From positions 1 through 64,000 of the forward strand of contig CAWEYG010000006.1 of the NCBI GenBank assembly GCA_963813155.1: a DNA stretch of 64,000 nt. The letters are read 5' to 3'. Positions 50,800 through 60,992 of the stretch are shown here, in pieces. The position numbers and the translations under genes are program-made. The stretch's first letter is position 1. The number at the start of each line of letters is the position of its first letter. The DNA is from an uncultured Acidobacteriota bacterium. Lineage in GTDB: Bacteria > Acidobacteriota > Thermoanaerobaculia > UBA5066 > DATFVB01. The notes beneath the pieces are model-generated. The model was not told where the DNA came from. It did not search any database and was given only the letters and a program-made list of their open reading frames with translations.

Positions 50800-52074
50800 G
50801 CGCCGAAGTCGGGCGGTATCTCGACTTCAGCGCTGCGCTGAATTCGCGCGTTCTGCAGACCCGAATTCCGTCCGTCGTCTCGATCGAGGTCACCCGGCGG
50901 TGCTCTCTCAATTGCTCGCATTGCTACAACAACCTTCCGATGGCCGACATGGAGACGGCCCGGAAGGAGCTTCAGTTCGAAGACTACTGCCGGGTCCTGG
51001 ACGAGCTCGCCGAGATGGGAACGCTCTGGCTGCTGTTCACCGGCGGCGAGATCTTCGCGCGGCGCGACTTCCTGGACATCTATACGTACGCGAAAAAGAA
51101 GGGCTTCATCATCACGCTCTTCACGAACGGAACGCTGATCACGCCGAAGGTCGCCGACTACCTCGCGGAGTGGCCCCCGTTCTCGATCGAGATCACGCTG
51201 TACGGCCGGACGAAAGAAACTTACGAGCGGCTGACGCGCATCCCCGGATCCTACGAGAGGTGCATCCGCGGAATCGAGCTCCTGAAGGAGCGCGGTCTCC
51301 CGCTGACTCTCAAGACCGTCGCGGTGACCGTCAACAAGCACGAGATCTGGGACATGAAGAAGTTCGTGGAGGACGACCTCGGGCTGCCGTTCAAGTTCGA
51401 TCGCGATGATCAATGCGCGCATCGACTGCTCCCTGTCGCCGCTGGAAGTGCGGCTGACGCCGGAAGAGATCGTGGATCTCGATCTTCGGGACCCCGAGCG
51501 CCAGGAGGAGTGGAAGCGGTTCTCGACGAAATTCATCGCGCCGATGCATCCCGAAGGAAAAGAGGACGAGGTCTACCACTGCGGCGGAGGAGCGAACACC
51601 TTCGCGCTCGATCCACTGGGGAAAATGACGATCTGCGTCCTTTCGCACTTCGACGAATACGACGTGCGGGCCGGGACCGTCCGCGAGGGCTGGGAGCATT
51701 TTCTGCTTCGGGTTCGCGCGAAGAAGACGACGCGCATCACGAAGTGCACGGCCTGCCAGCTGAAGGCCGTTTGCGGAATGTGCGCCGCGAACGCGGAGCT
51801 GGAGAACGGCGACGCCGAGGCCCCGGTGGATTTCCTCTGCCACACGGCGCACCTGCGGGCTCACACCCTCGGTTGGGAAATCCCGGCGCACGGCGAGTGC
51901 GAGTACTGCGAGGGCGCCGGTTACGCGACGGTGCGGGAAGAGGCGGGTCGTTTGATGGCGGGGCAGGCCCCGCGTGCGCGTCCGGCCATGTTGCCCTCGC
52001 TTTCCCCGGCGGGAGAATCGATGTCGTCGCTTCCCTCCGCGGGGGGCGGATGCGGCGGATGCGGAAGCCACTGA
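50796..52074 (+). CDS. Radical SAM/SPASM-domain peptide maturase, frameshift near 51400
   Basis: CSLNCSHC, FTGGE, FTNG. SPASM-type CGGG..C..CTACQLKAVCGMC..C. Confidence 0.9.
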
Positions 52075-52106
52075 AAAGGACGATTCGAATCGGATGGAGG
52101 TGAGAG

Positions 52107-52292
52107 ATGGAACGGACCTCGGATAGAAACTCGAACGGCAAGAAAAAATATCGGAAACCGTCCGTGAGGATGATTCCCCTGCGGCCCGAAGAGGCGATTC
52201 TCGGTTCGTGCAAGAGCGCGACGACGGGAGCCTTGAATGGCGGCGGCGGCCACTGCAACATTCCCACGAATTGCTCCACGATCGGGTCCTGA
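52107..52292 (+). CDS. Putative RiPP precursor peptide (61 aa)
   Basis: Strong RBS GGAGGT, leader KKKYRKPSVRMIPLRPEEAILG, Gly/Ser/Thr-rich core with 3 Cys, directly after the rSAM gene. Confidence 0.8.
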   Translation: MERTSDRNSNGKKKYRKPSVRMIPLRPEEAILGSCKSATTGALNGGGGHCNIPTNCSTIGS

Positions 52293-53290
52293 GCGAGCCG
52301 GGCTCTCTCCCGGCCTTCTTCTCGGTCGCCCGCGAGGGATTCGTTCTCCATCCCCGGGGTTCCCTGAACATTCGCCTGGATCGCGCGAGCCGTCTCTTTT
52401 CGGGCGAGACCCCGGAAGACACCGTCGAATTCGACGTGCGATGGGGAGACCTGAGCGGCGTGGACCGCGGAGCGGCCGCATTCGACTCGGGCGGCTGCTG
52501 GGCGCTGCGCCGCGATCCGGACGCCCTCGTTTTCGACGTCTATTCGCCCCTTTTCGGGGCGACCCCCATCCATTCGCTCCGTCTCGACGGCGACCGGCGA
52601 AGGGGAGAGATCGTCCTGGAGCGTTCCCACTTCCGCGACGGGGAGGGCGTCGATCCGCTCGGATTTCCGCTCGCGGAGCTGCTCACCAACCAGCGCCTCG
52701 CGCGCGCCGGCGGAGTCGAATTCCACGGGTGCGGAATCCGGACGCCGGAAGGAGGCGGCCTCCTGTTCGTCGGCCATTCGGGCGACGGAAAGACGACGAC
52801 CGCGAAGCTGTGGGACGGCCGGCCGGGAGTCACGATCCTGAGCGACGACCGGATCATCGTGCGAGCCGAGGAGGGTGAGGAGGGCGTGCCTCACCGGCTG
52901 CGCCGCCCTTCGAGCATCTCGAGGGGAAGCGAGCTGCTCTCCGGGGGTGAGAAGGGTGGCGCGTCCGAGCGCCCGACAGCTCGTACCGCATCTACGGCAC
53001 TCCCTGGCACGGCGAGGGGCAGTTCGCGGCGAACGCCGACGCGCCCCTCACGGCGATCTTCATTCTGGAGCGCGGGAAAGCAACTCGCGCCGTCCCCGTC
53101 AACGGCGCGGAGGCCGTTTCGCTCCTCTTCGCGCGGGCTTTTCCGCCCTTCTACGACGCGGCGGCCGTCGAGGCTGTGCTCGAAACGATCGACAGGATCG
53201 TCGAACGCGTTCCCGTGTATCGATTCGCATTCGTTCCGGATGCCACCGCGATCGAGGCCGCGCTCGAGATCCGCCGGGGAGGCGCCGTGA
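52289..53290 (+). CDS. HPr-kinase-like P-loop protein, frameshifted
   Basis: FHGCG..LFVGHSGDGKTT..LSDDR..IYGTPWHG..FPPFYD..PVYRFAFVPD. Confidence 0.75.
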   Translation: MSEPGSLPAFFSVAREGFVLHPRGSLNIRLDRASRLFSGETPEDTVEFDVRWGDLSGVDRGAAAFDSGGCWALRRDPDALVFDVYSPLFGATPIHSLRLDGDRRRGEIVLERSHFRDGEGVDPLGFPLAELLTNQRLARAGGVEFHGCGIRTPEGGGLLFVGHSGDGKTTTAKLWDGRPGVTILSDDRIIVRAEEGEEGVPHRLRRPSSISRGSELLSGGEKGGASERPTARTASTALPGTARGSSRRTPTRPSRRSSFWSAGKQLAPSPSTARRPFRSSSRGLFRPSTTRRPSRLCSKRSTGSSNAFPCIDSHSFRMPPRSRPRSRSAGEAP

Positions 53291-53794
53291 GCACGAACGG
53301 TTTTTCGGAGCTGTGCGGCGACCTGCTTTCCGACGGAACGCCGATTCGTTTCCGGGCGACGCGGGGCGAGCATGGCTCCGGCGATCCGGGACGGCGACCT
53401 GTTGACGGTCGAGCCTGTCGCCAATCGCGCCCTTTCCGAAGGCGACATCGTGCTCTATCCGGTCGGAACTGGCTTTCGCGCCCATCGGGTGAGGAGCTTC
53501 GATCGGCACTGCAAAGAGTTGATCTGTCAGGGGGATAGCTGGTTCTGCCGTCCGGAGGTCGTTTCGGCCGGGGCGGTAATCGGGGTCGTGACGGGCCTCG
53601 GGTCGGGGGCGACCGCGGCTCCGCCCCGGCGGCCGTTGGTCATCTGGGGGAAGGCGCTCCGGGGACGTCTGGGGAGGGTGCTCCGGGCAGGCCTCAGGAT
53701 GGGATCTGGATTTCGGAGGGGAAAAATGGTAATCTCTCGACAGGCGTCGGAAGAGGGCCGACAAGGCTCCACGGGAAAGGGTTCACAAAAATGA
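53287..53794 (+). CDS. S24/S26-family peptidase (Ser-His type), frameshift near 53365
   Basis: IRFRA.G.SMAPAIRDGDLL, GDIVLY, AHRV, QGD. Confidence 0.8.
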
Positions 53795-56700
53795 AATTCA
53801 CTAGAACTTGTGTAGCCTGGAAGAGCTTTGCTCTTTTCGGGGCGTTGGTCTTCGCTGCGCTCGCTTTTTCGAGCACGGCATCGGCAGCCCTCGCCGTCGA
53901 TAGCACGAGCAATGCGAGCAGCGCCGGCGCAGTCAATTCGCTGAGCTGGGTTCACACGACGAACACCTCGACGACCGGGCAAAACACGCTGCTCGTCGTC
54001 GGCGTCTCGATCAACGGCACGAGCACCGTCTCGAGCGTCACGATGGGAGCGACTCTCGGTTCCATCGGCTCGAGTATTCCGAGCGACGACCTGCCCTCGA
54101 ACCTGACTCTCGCCACGAGCAAGAACAGCACGAACAACCTGACACGAATGGAGATCTGGTATCTCCTGGCCCCGCCGGTCAAAGGCACGACGGCGGGGGC
54201 TTCGGGCTCCGAGCCGACGCTTCAGATCACGGTGACGCTCTCGGGCGGGGCGACGAAGTCGATGGTCGCGGGCGCCGTCTTCTTCACGGGCGCGATGCAG
54301 GTCGCGCCGACGGCCTGGACCGCGACGACCGCGGCGACTGGGAATGCTTCGATCACCGGAACATCGAATGCGACCGACATCGTCGTGGACACGATCGCGA
54401 CGATCGGGACCGCGACCTCGGTGACGGTCGACGGGGCCAGACCTCTCGGTGGAACGTCGCGACGGGCGGACCGCCACGAACGCGATCGGCGGCGGATCGA
54501 CGAAGGCGAACGCAACGTCCATGTCGTGGACGATCGGGACCGACGCACGACTGGGCGATGGGCGCTGTCGTCGTGCAGGCCTCGGCAAACACCCGTTTCA
54601 CGGCACCCGCATCAACATGGACGACCTCTACGGCATCGACTCGAACAATCCGGCGAACCCGGCCGTACCTCTCGCCGATCGGCATTCACCTGACGAACAC
54701 CGGTGCGCAGTTGACGGACGTGTCGGTCACGATCACGCTTTTCGACACCCCGAACAGCTGCGGCAGCGGCGGCACGACGGCGTGCGTCACGCTCAACAAC
54801 ACGACGTTCACGTCGCAGACGATCCCGGCCAGCGGGTAGCTTCGACTATTACTTCATTCTGAACGAGAGCAACCTGTTCGCGAAGAACAACGCGAAGACG
54901 TCGATCAACAAGGCCTTCAGCTATGTGATCACGGTTCACAGCGCGACCGTGCCCGCGACGGACGACCGACACCTTTCCTCCGGAATGGAGATGGCGATCG
55001 ATCTCGTCTCGCAGAACCGGAACACGACGGATTTCACGTCGTGCAACGGTATCTCGAGCGGTGACCGGCACCAGCCCCCGGAACAGATCGCCGTCATCGG
55101 TTCACGCAGGGTCTCCGAATTCCAGTGCACGATCACGTCCACCTCGACCGGAAGCGGCGCGTTCAACACGATGCGTATCTGGCAGGACTGGGACGGACAA
55201 CACTTTCGTGATCGACAAGGTCGACACGAACTACCCGACGGCGCACTTAGTACAGCCCTGACGAGCCCGGACTGCTTCAACAACGGCTGCGGCGGCTCGG
55301 GCGTACCCGTACACCCAGGTTACGTCACGCTTCGCGCGCGTCGGCTCCCTGGATCGCCTGACCGACTCCGAACGGGGTCGTGCGTGACGCCCTTCATCCT
55401 GGATCGATTCGGGCGGAACCTTCCATTACAACCAGACGTCGCCGGCGTCACGGCGTCGATCACGATCACGACCCCCACGGCCGTGAAGCTCCGCAGTCTC
55501 GATGTCGCGCGGCAAGGCGAGGACAACGTGGTCTCCTGGCGAACGGGACACGAGGTGAACAACCTCGGATTCCGGATCTATCGGGAGGACGCCAACGGCG
55601 GGCGGGTTCCCGTCACCAACGGGCTCGTCGCCGGGAACGTGCTCTTCAGCGGACCGTCGATTGCTCTCACTTCCGGCCGCAGCTACAGCTACAGGGATCA
55701 AAACGCTCCCGCCGGAGCGGCGTACTGGCTCGAAGACGTGGATATTTCCGGACCGTCGACGATGAACGGTCCCGCGATCGCGCGCGAGGAGGAAGAAGCT
55801 TCGAGGCTCTTCCCGGCGAGCGGCCAGAGCGAGACGATGAAGGCCGGCGGCAACTCTCCGCTGCTCGATTCGAGCTCGTTTGTCGGCAAAGGCGGGCATG
55901 GAAGTTCGAGCTCTCCCGGTTTCGACTCGAAGCCCCACGGGAAAGTTCAATCGGGAACGGCCAGCACGACTTCGGCCAGCCAGAACAGGCAGTTTTCGCT
56001 CGCTTCGAGCGCGGGAGTGAAGGCCCTCGTGAATCAGGAGGGGTGGTACCACGTGAGCCATCAGGACCTGATCAACGCGGGTTGGAACCCCGGCAACTCG
56101 CCGGCGAATTTGCAGCTCTTCGTCGAGGCGCAGCCGATCCCCATGCTCGTGAGCGACTCGGGCGGCGGCAACTACTCGATGGAGTTCTACGCGACGGGAC
56201 TCAACACGGTGGCGACCGACACGCGCGTCTATTGGATCGGTCTCAACTCCACGCCCGGCTCGCGTCTGGCGAACAAGAGCTCGGCTTCCGGCAGCTCGCC
56301 GGGCGCCGACTTTCCGTTCACCGTCTCGCGAAGAGATCGGGTCGTGTACGTTCCGGGAATTTTGAACGGCGACGCGGAGAGCTGGTACGGACCCATCGTC
56401 GGCGGAACTTCGTTCGGACCGGCCGATCAGTCGGTCACGGTCACCCACCTCGACACCTCCAACAGCGGATCCGCCAACCTCGAGTTCGCGATCGAAACGG
56501 CCACGCCGTCGGTCGGTCACGCGATCGACGTGACGGTCAACGGCAATTTCGCGGGCACGGTGACGCACTTCGACCAGGGCTATTTCGATTCCAACCTTTC
56601 GATCCCGGTTTCATGGCTCGTCGAGGGCACGAACTCGATTCTTCTTCAGGAGGAAGGCGATTCGAACTTCGCGATCATGGACTACGTCGCGCTGACGTAT

Positions 56701-58053
56701 CCTCACGTCTTCACGGCGGATTCCGATGCCCTCGAATTCACGACATCCGGCTCGAAACACGTCTCGATCGGGGGCTTCACCGTTCCGGGCGTTCGGGTGT
56801 TCGACGTGACGAACCCGTCGGCCGTCGCGGCCCTCTCCGCATCCGTCGGGCCTGACGGGAGCGGCGGATATGCGGTCACGGTCAACACGCCGTCCGCCGT
56901 CGGGGCGCTTCGCATACTGGCGGTCGGCAGCGATCGGGTTTCCGCGCCGGCAGGTCTCGCAAACAACACGCCGTCGGACCTGAACAAGAAGAACAATTCC
57001 GCGGACTTCGCGATGATCGCGTACCCGTCGTTCGTTTCGGCGCTCGCGCCGCTGCAGGCGCTCCGGCAGTCGCAGGGGTTGGCGACGCAGGTCGTCGACG
57101 TCACCGACATCTACGACGAATTCAGCTTCGGCGAGAAGGATCCCGCCGCGATCAAGGCGTTCCTGCAGTGGACACAGGCGAACTGGAAGAAAGCGCCGAG
57201 GTACGTGCTTCTCGCCGGCGACGGGTCGTACGACCCGCGCGACTATTTCGGAATCGGGACGACGGACTTCATTCCCGCGAAGCTCGTCCAGACCGTGTAT
57301 CTCAAGACCGCTTCGGACGACTGGTACGTCGATTTCAACAACGACGGGCTTCCCGACATGGCGATCGGGCGCCTTCCGGCGGAGAGCCTGTCGGATGCGT
57401 CCACCATGGTTTCGAAGATCGTGGGCTACGACTCAGCGGCGCCGAGCTCGAGCGTCCTTCTCGTCGGGGACACCGAGGACGAGAACGACTTCCACGGCGC
57501 GATCTCGGCCCTCAAGACGCTCGTTGCCGGAAAGACGGCCCAGGCGATCTGTATCGACCCCGATCCGGTCGACGCGAGCTACCCGAACATCGGGCCCTGC
57601 GTGAGCGCTTCGACGGCGCACGGCCAGATCCTGAACGCCTTCAATAGCGGCCAGTCGGTCGTGAACTGGGTGGGACACGGCGAGCCGACGTCCTGGAGCA
57701 AGAGCGACGTCTTCGACACGTCCGACGTTCCGTCCCTCGCGAATTCCGCGCACCTGCCCCTTGCGCTCACGATGGACTGCCTGAACGGGTACTTCCATGA
57801 CCCGAACACCGAATCCTTCGCCGAGGCTCTCCTGCGCGCTCCGAACGGCGGCGCGGTGGCGGTGTGGGCGTCGTCTTCTCTGACTCTCTTCGAATCGCAG
57901 GTCCCGGTGAACCAGACGCTCTTCCAGCTTCTGTTCACGACGCCCGCCCCCCGGCTGGGCGACGCCGTGAAGACGGCGAAGGGCGTGACGACGGACTCCG
58001 ACGTTCGCAGGACCTGGAACTTCTTCGGCGATCCGACCATGAAACTGAAGTAA
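53791..58053 (+). CDS. Large secreted protein with a C-terminal C25 (gingipain-family) cysteine peptidase domain, N-terminal third frameshifted
   Basis: Signal peptide, Thr/Ser-rich beta domains, PTAVKL..W.TGHEVNNLGFRIYR module, DIYDEFSFG, YVLLAGD, SDDWY, AIGRLP, VGHG, MDCLNG, FGDP. Confidence 0.88.
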
Positions 58054-58084
58054 CGGCCAGTCGAGCTAGGCGTAGCCCCCTGGA

Positions 58085-58114
58085 AAGCCCCCGGAAACGG
58101 GGGCTTCTTTTTTT
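58085..58114 (+). terminator. Rho-independent terminator
   Basis: Perfect stem AAGCCCCCG-GAAA-CGGGGGCTT followed by C and T7, about 30 nt after the C25 stop. Confidence 0.9.
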
Positions 58115-58308
58115 GCGGATCGCCGGAGATTTCGTCTCACGCCATATTGAGAGTGCAACGCATGGGCCGCCTCCTAGTCTGGGCGGCAGCATGCGTAAGT
58201 TGCGTGTTTCAAGATAGTTTGAAGACTGCGATCTCGCTGGCCTCGCCGGGCGAGTCTCGATTCCGGATTTCGATTCTGGAAATTGGAGAGCGGTGAACTC
58301 ACCAGTCG

Positions 58309-58347
58309 TCTGAAGGCTGCCAGCTGGAGAGGGGGACGGGGGTGAGG
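58309..58347. repeat. Half family A repeat joined to the CAGCCTTCAGA motif (minus orientation)
   Basis: TCTGAAGGCTG CCAGCTGGAGAGGGGG..GGTGAGG. Confidence 0.7.
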
Positions 58348-58693
58348 TCGGTACGTCAACACCTGGATTGCTGGTGCGGGTGACGAACACCCTCCGTGAC
58401 CCTTTCCCGATTTCAAGAGGACGAATCTCTTCGCACTCCCCTTAGAGGACTCGCGCGAGACGCGACGGTTTTGAGCGACCTCGGCGACGAGCGTTCTCCC
58501 CTCCCTTCTCCAGAATTCCTTTCTCAGTTTCGGAAACCTCTTCCGCCCCGCCTTTCCCTCTCTCTTCTCAACCGATTCGTTTCTCGCAGGTTGACTCCGA
58601 TGGGTCGTGTCCGGCACGGCTGGTCCCGACATTGCGATCTCCCTTCGCCGAGTGGCAACGGAAACGAAACGAAAGAACGAAAGGGAGACGACA

Positions 58694-60883
58694 ATGAAAA
58701 CCACGACGAACCGGATCTCGACCCTGATTCTCGGAACGACTCTTCTTCTCTCCATCGGCAAGACCCGCCTGCGGCCGGCAAGGGCGGCGGCGGTGGCTCC
58801 ACCGGCGGCACGACGACGACGATCACGACGAATCCTCTGGCGGGCCAGGCCGGCGCGAAGATCTTCGTGCAGCAGGAAGGCTGGTACAGCGTCTCGCGTC
58901 AGAACCTGATCGACGCGGGATGGGATTGCGGAACTTCGGCCACGTACCTTCAGTTGTGGGCGGAGGGAACGCAGCAGTCCGATCCTGGTCAACGCGGGCA
59001 CGAACGGGACCCTGGACCCGACCGACACGATCGAGTTCTACGCGACGGGGATCGACACGCCGTCGACGGGCACGCGCGTCTACTGGCTCGTCCAGGGCAC
59101 GTCCCCCGGGCTTCGAATTGCGACTACGGCCGCTCCCAAGGGAAAGCTTGGGTCCACGCCGTCGAACTTCAATTCTTCGGTGAGCATCAATCCCAAAGAG
59201 TATTACGCGCCCGGAATCGCGAACGGCAGCCCGGACGGTTTCTACGGCGACATGGTGACTTCGACGCCGATCACGGAGTCGATCACGGTCATCGACCCGG
59301 CGTCCTCGACGGCAAGCGCGACTCTCACGGTGACTCTGACCAGGCGCCTACTGGTGGAGCCACAACGTCAACGTCAGCCTGAACGGCAACCTGGCGGGCT
59401 CGATGAACTTCAACGGCGAGCTCGTGCAGACGACGAGCTTCACCGTTCCGAGCTCCTGGATCGTTCCCGGCGCGAACTCGGTGACGTTCGTCGCCCCGGA
59501 CGGCGGCAACGACGTCAGCCTCGTCACGTCGATCTCTCTCACCTACCCGCGGCTCTACAAGGCCCTGAACAACTCGCTCAAGTCGACGGCGACCGGCAGC
59601 GTCTCGCTGCTCGGTCGACGGATTCTCGAATTCTTCGATCCGCGCCTTCGACATCACGACTCCGGCGACTCCGCAACAGCTCGTTGGTGACGATCTCGGC
59701 AGGGGGAGGGGGTTACTCGGCGACGCTTACGACGCCTAGCTCGACCGGGAACCGAACAGTGTTGGCAATTGCGACCGACCAGATCCTCTCTCCCGCCGGG
59801 ATCGTCCCCAACGTTTCCTCGAATCTGAGCGCGACCACGAACTCAGGCGAACTTCGTGATCATCGCGTACCCGACGATGATGTCGGCGGCTTCCGCCCTC
59901 GCCGCGCTCCGCCAGTCGCAGGGAATGCAGGTCTCCGTCGTCAACGTCACCGACGTTTACGACGAGTTCAACTTCGGCGAAAAGGACCCCTCGGCCATCA
60001 AGAACTTCCTTCAGTACACCCAGACCAAGTGGGCGAAGCCGCGCCTCGCTACGTGCTGCTCCTCGGTGGCGCGTCGTCGACACGCGGAACTACCTCGGCT
60101 ACGGCAACCTGGACCTCGTTCCGACGCGATTACATCGCGACGAGCGCTCAGCCGGACCGCCTCGGATGACTGGTTCGTCGATTTCAACAACGACGGGCTA
60201 CCGGACATGGCGATCGGACGGATTCCGGTGCTGACCGCCGCCGACGCTGCGACAGTGATCTCGAAGATCACGAGCTACGGCCAGACGACGGGCGCCTGGA
60301 CGAAGAACGTCCTGATGGCCGCCGACGCGAACGACGCGAACAATGATTTCGAAGGCGCGTCGGCCAACGTCGCCGCGCAGATCCCCATCGGCTATTCCGT
60401 CAGAACGTCTCTGACCGGGCAGATCGGCGGCTCAGCGGCTCGGACCGCGATCCCGGACGGCATCAACGTCAGGGGCAGCTCATCGTCAACTACAACGGGC
60501 CACGGTTTTGAGCAGGCGTGGAGCAGCTCGAGAATCTTCTACGATCGACGACATGTCCAACCTGACGAATGCATCACAGCTCCCCTTCGTCGTGTCGATC
60601 GGCTTGCCTGACCGGCTACTTCCAGGACCCGTCGACGGTTTCCTTCGCGGCTGCGGCGCTCTCAGCGCCGAATGCGGAGCCGTTGCCGTTTGGGCGTCCT
60701 CGGGGTTGCCCGGTCTTCCGGGTGAAGCGCTGGTAAACCAAGCGCTCTTCAGCGAGCCTGCTCGGCGGGAGCCGCCCGTCTCTCGGCGACGCGGTCATGC
60801 AGGCCAAGGCCGCAACGACCGACCAGGACGTTCGGCGAACCTGGATCTTGTTCGGCGATCCGACGATGAAGCTGGCGCAGTAA
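58694..60883 (+). CDS. Second secreted C25-family peptidase, shorter paralog, many frameshifts
   Basis: RBS AGGGAG, signal-like N-terminus, QEGWYSVS, DVYDEFNFGEKDP, ASDDWFVDFNNDGLPDMAIGRIP, GHG, C-LTGYFQDP, FGDPTMKL. Confidence 0.8.
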
Positions 60884-60926
60884 CGCCGGCTCCTTCGTCT
60901 TCGATTCGTTGTCCTCCCTCCACTCC

Positions 60927-60957
60927 GGCCCCTCTCCAGCGAACCTGGAGGGGGGCC
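60927..60957. repeat. Family A hairpin between convergent genes (possible terminator)
   Basis: GGCCCCTCTCCAG-CGAAC-CTGGAGGGGGGCC. Confidence 0.65.
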
Positions 60958-60992
60958 GTCCCTTTTGTGGAGCGGAAGAGTGTCGTGTTGCG

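Noticed and set aside
50496-52074. PQQ biosynthesis (pqqD/pqqE)
   Set aside because: There are no pqqB or pqqC genes, and the peptide lacks the PqqA ExxxY motif.
58115-58693. Riboswitch or ncRNA upstream of the second C25 gene
   Set aside because: The intergenic region is long and has some hairpins, but I could not match any known aptamer consensus by eye. An Rfam scan would be needed.
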